A stretch of DNA of 64,000 nt from an uncultured Gemmatimonadales bacterium. GTDB lineage: Bacteria > Gemmatimonadota > Gemmatimonadetes > Gemmatimonadales > GWC2-71-9. The stretch lies in NCBI GenBank assembly GCA_963739455.1, contig CAVUAK010000001.1, positions 2,521,338-2,585,337 of the forward strand, written 5' to 3'. Shown piece after piece: positions 63,962 to 64,000 of the stretch. Position 1 is the stretch's first letter. The number at the start of each line of letters is the position of its first letter. Position numbers and translations under genes: made by a program. The notes under the pieces are model-generated. The model was not told the origin of the DNA. It ran no database searches and saw only the letters and a list, made by a program, of their open reading frames with translations.

Positions 63962-63994
63962 GAAGCCCGGGATCCCTAAAGGATGCCGGGCTTC
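63962..63994 (+). terminator. Hairpin after 5S (probable terminator)
   Basis: GAAGCCCGG...CCGGGCTTC. Confidence 0.6.
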
Positions 63995-64000
63995 TCCATT

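Overview
GC-rich bacterial chromosome segment, probably Gemmatimonadota (inferred from the 16S sequence and the 'DRYRIERRLGEGGMATVYLAEDLKHDRKVALK' Ser/Thr-kinase family; not database-checked). The dominant feature is a chromosomal integron on the minus strand. A damaged integron integrase (33694-34537) is co-oriented with, and upstream of, an array of about 20 gene cassettes (about 20.7-33.5 kb). A second cassette run (1-2816) continues off the left edge. Cassettes are punctuated by 20 full-length (130-133 bp) and 2 internally deleted copies of one homogeneous attC family. The array holds six toxin-antitoxin cassettes (one with a RelE/BrnT chimeric toxin), an exactly duplicated cassette and an ORF-poor cassette. 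A rifampin ADP-ribosyltransferase (arr) gene sits at its eroded distal end. An attC-free block of about 17 kb (Dyp-peroxidase cluster, kinase, ArsR/SRPBCC operon, GH127) separates the two runs. The right half is core genome (yaiI, murI, lpxH-like, lptE, rph, rdgB, atoE, sulfatase, tRNA-Pro, tRNA-Arg, icd, aceK, 16S-23S-5S operon) peppered with short tandem repeats. Many single-base frameshifts, including in icd, suggest uncorrected assembly indels.
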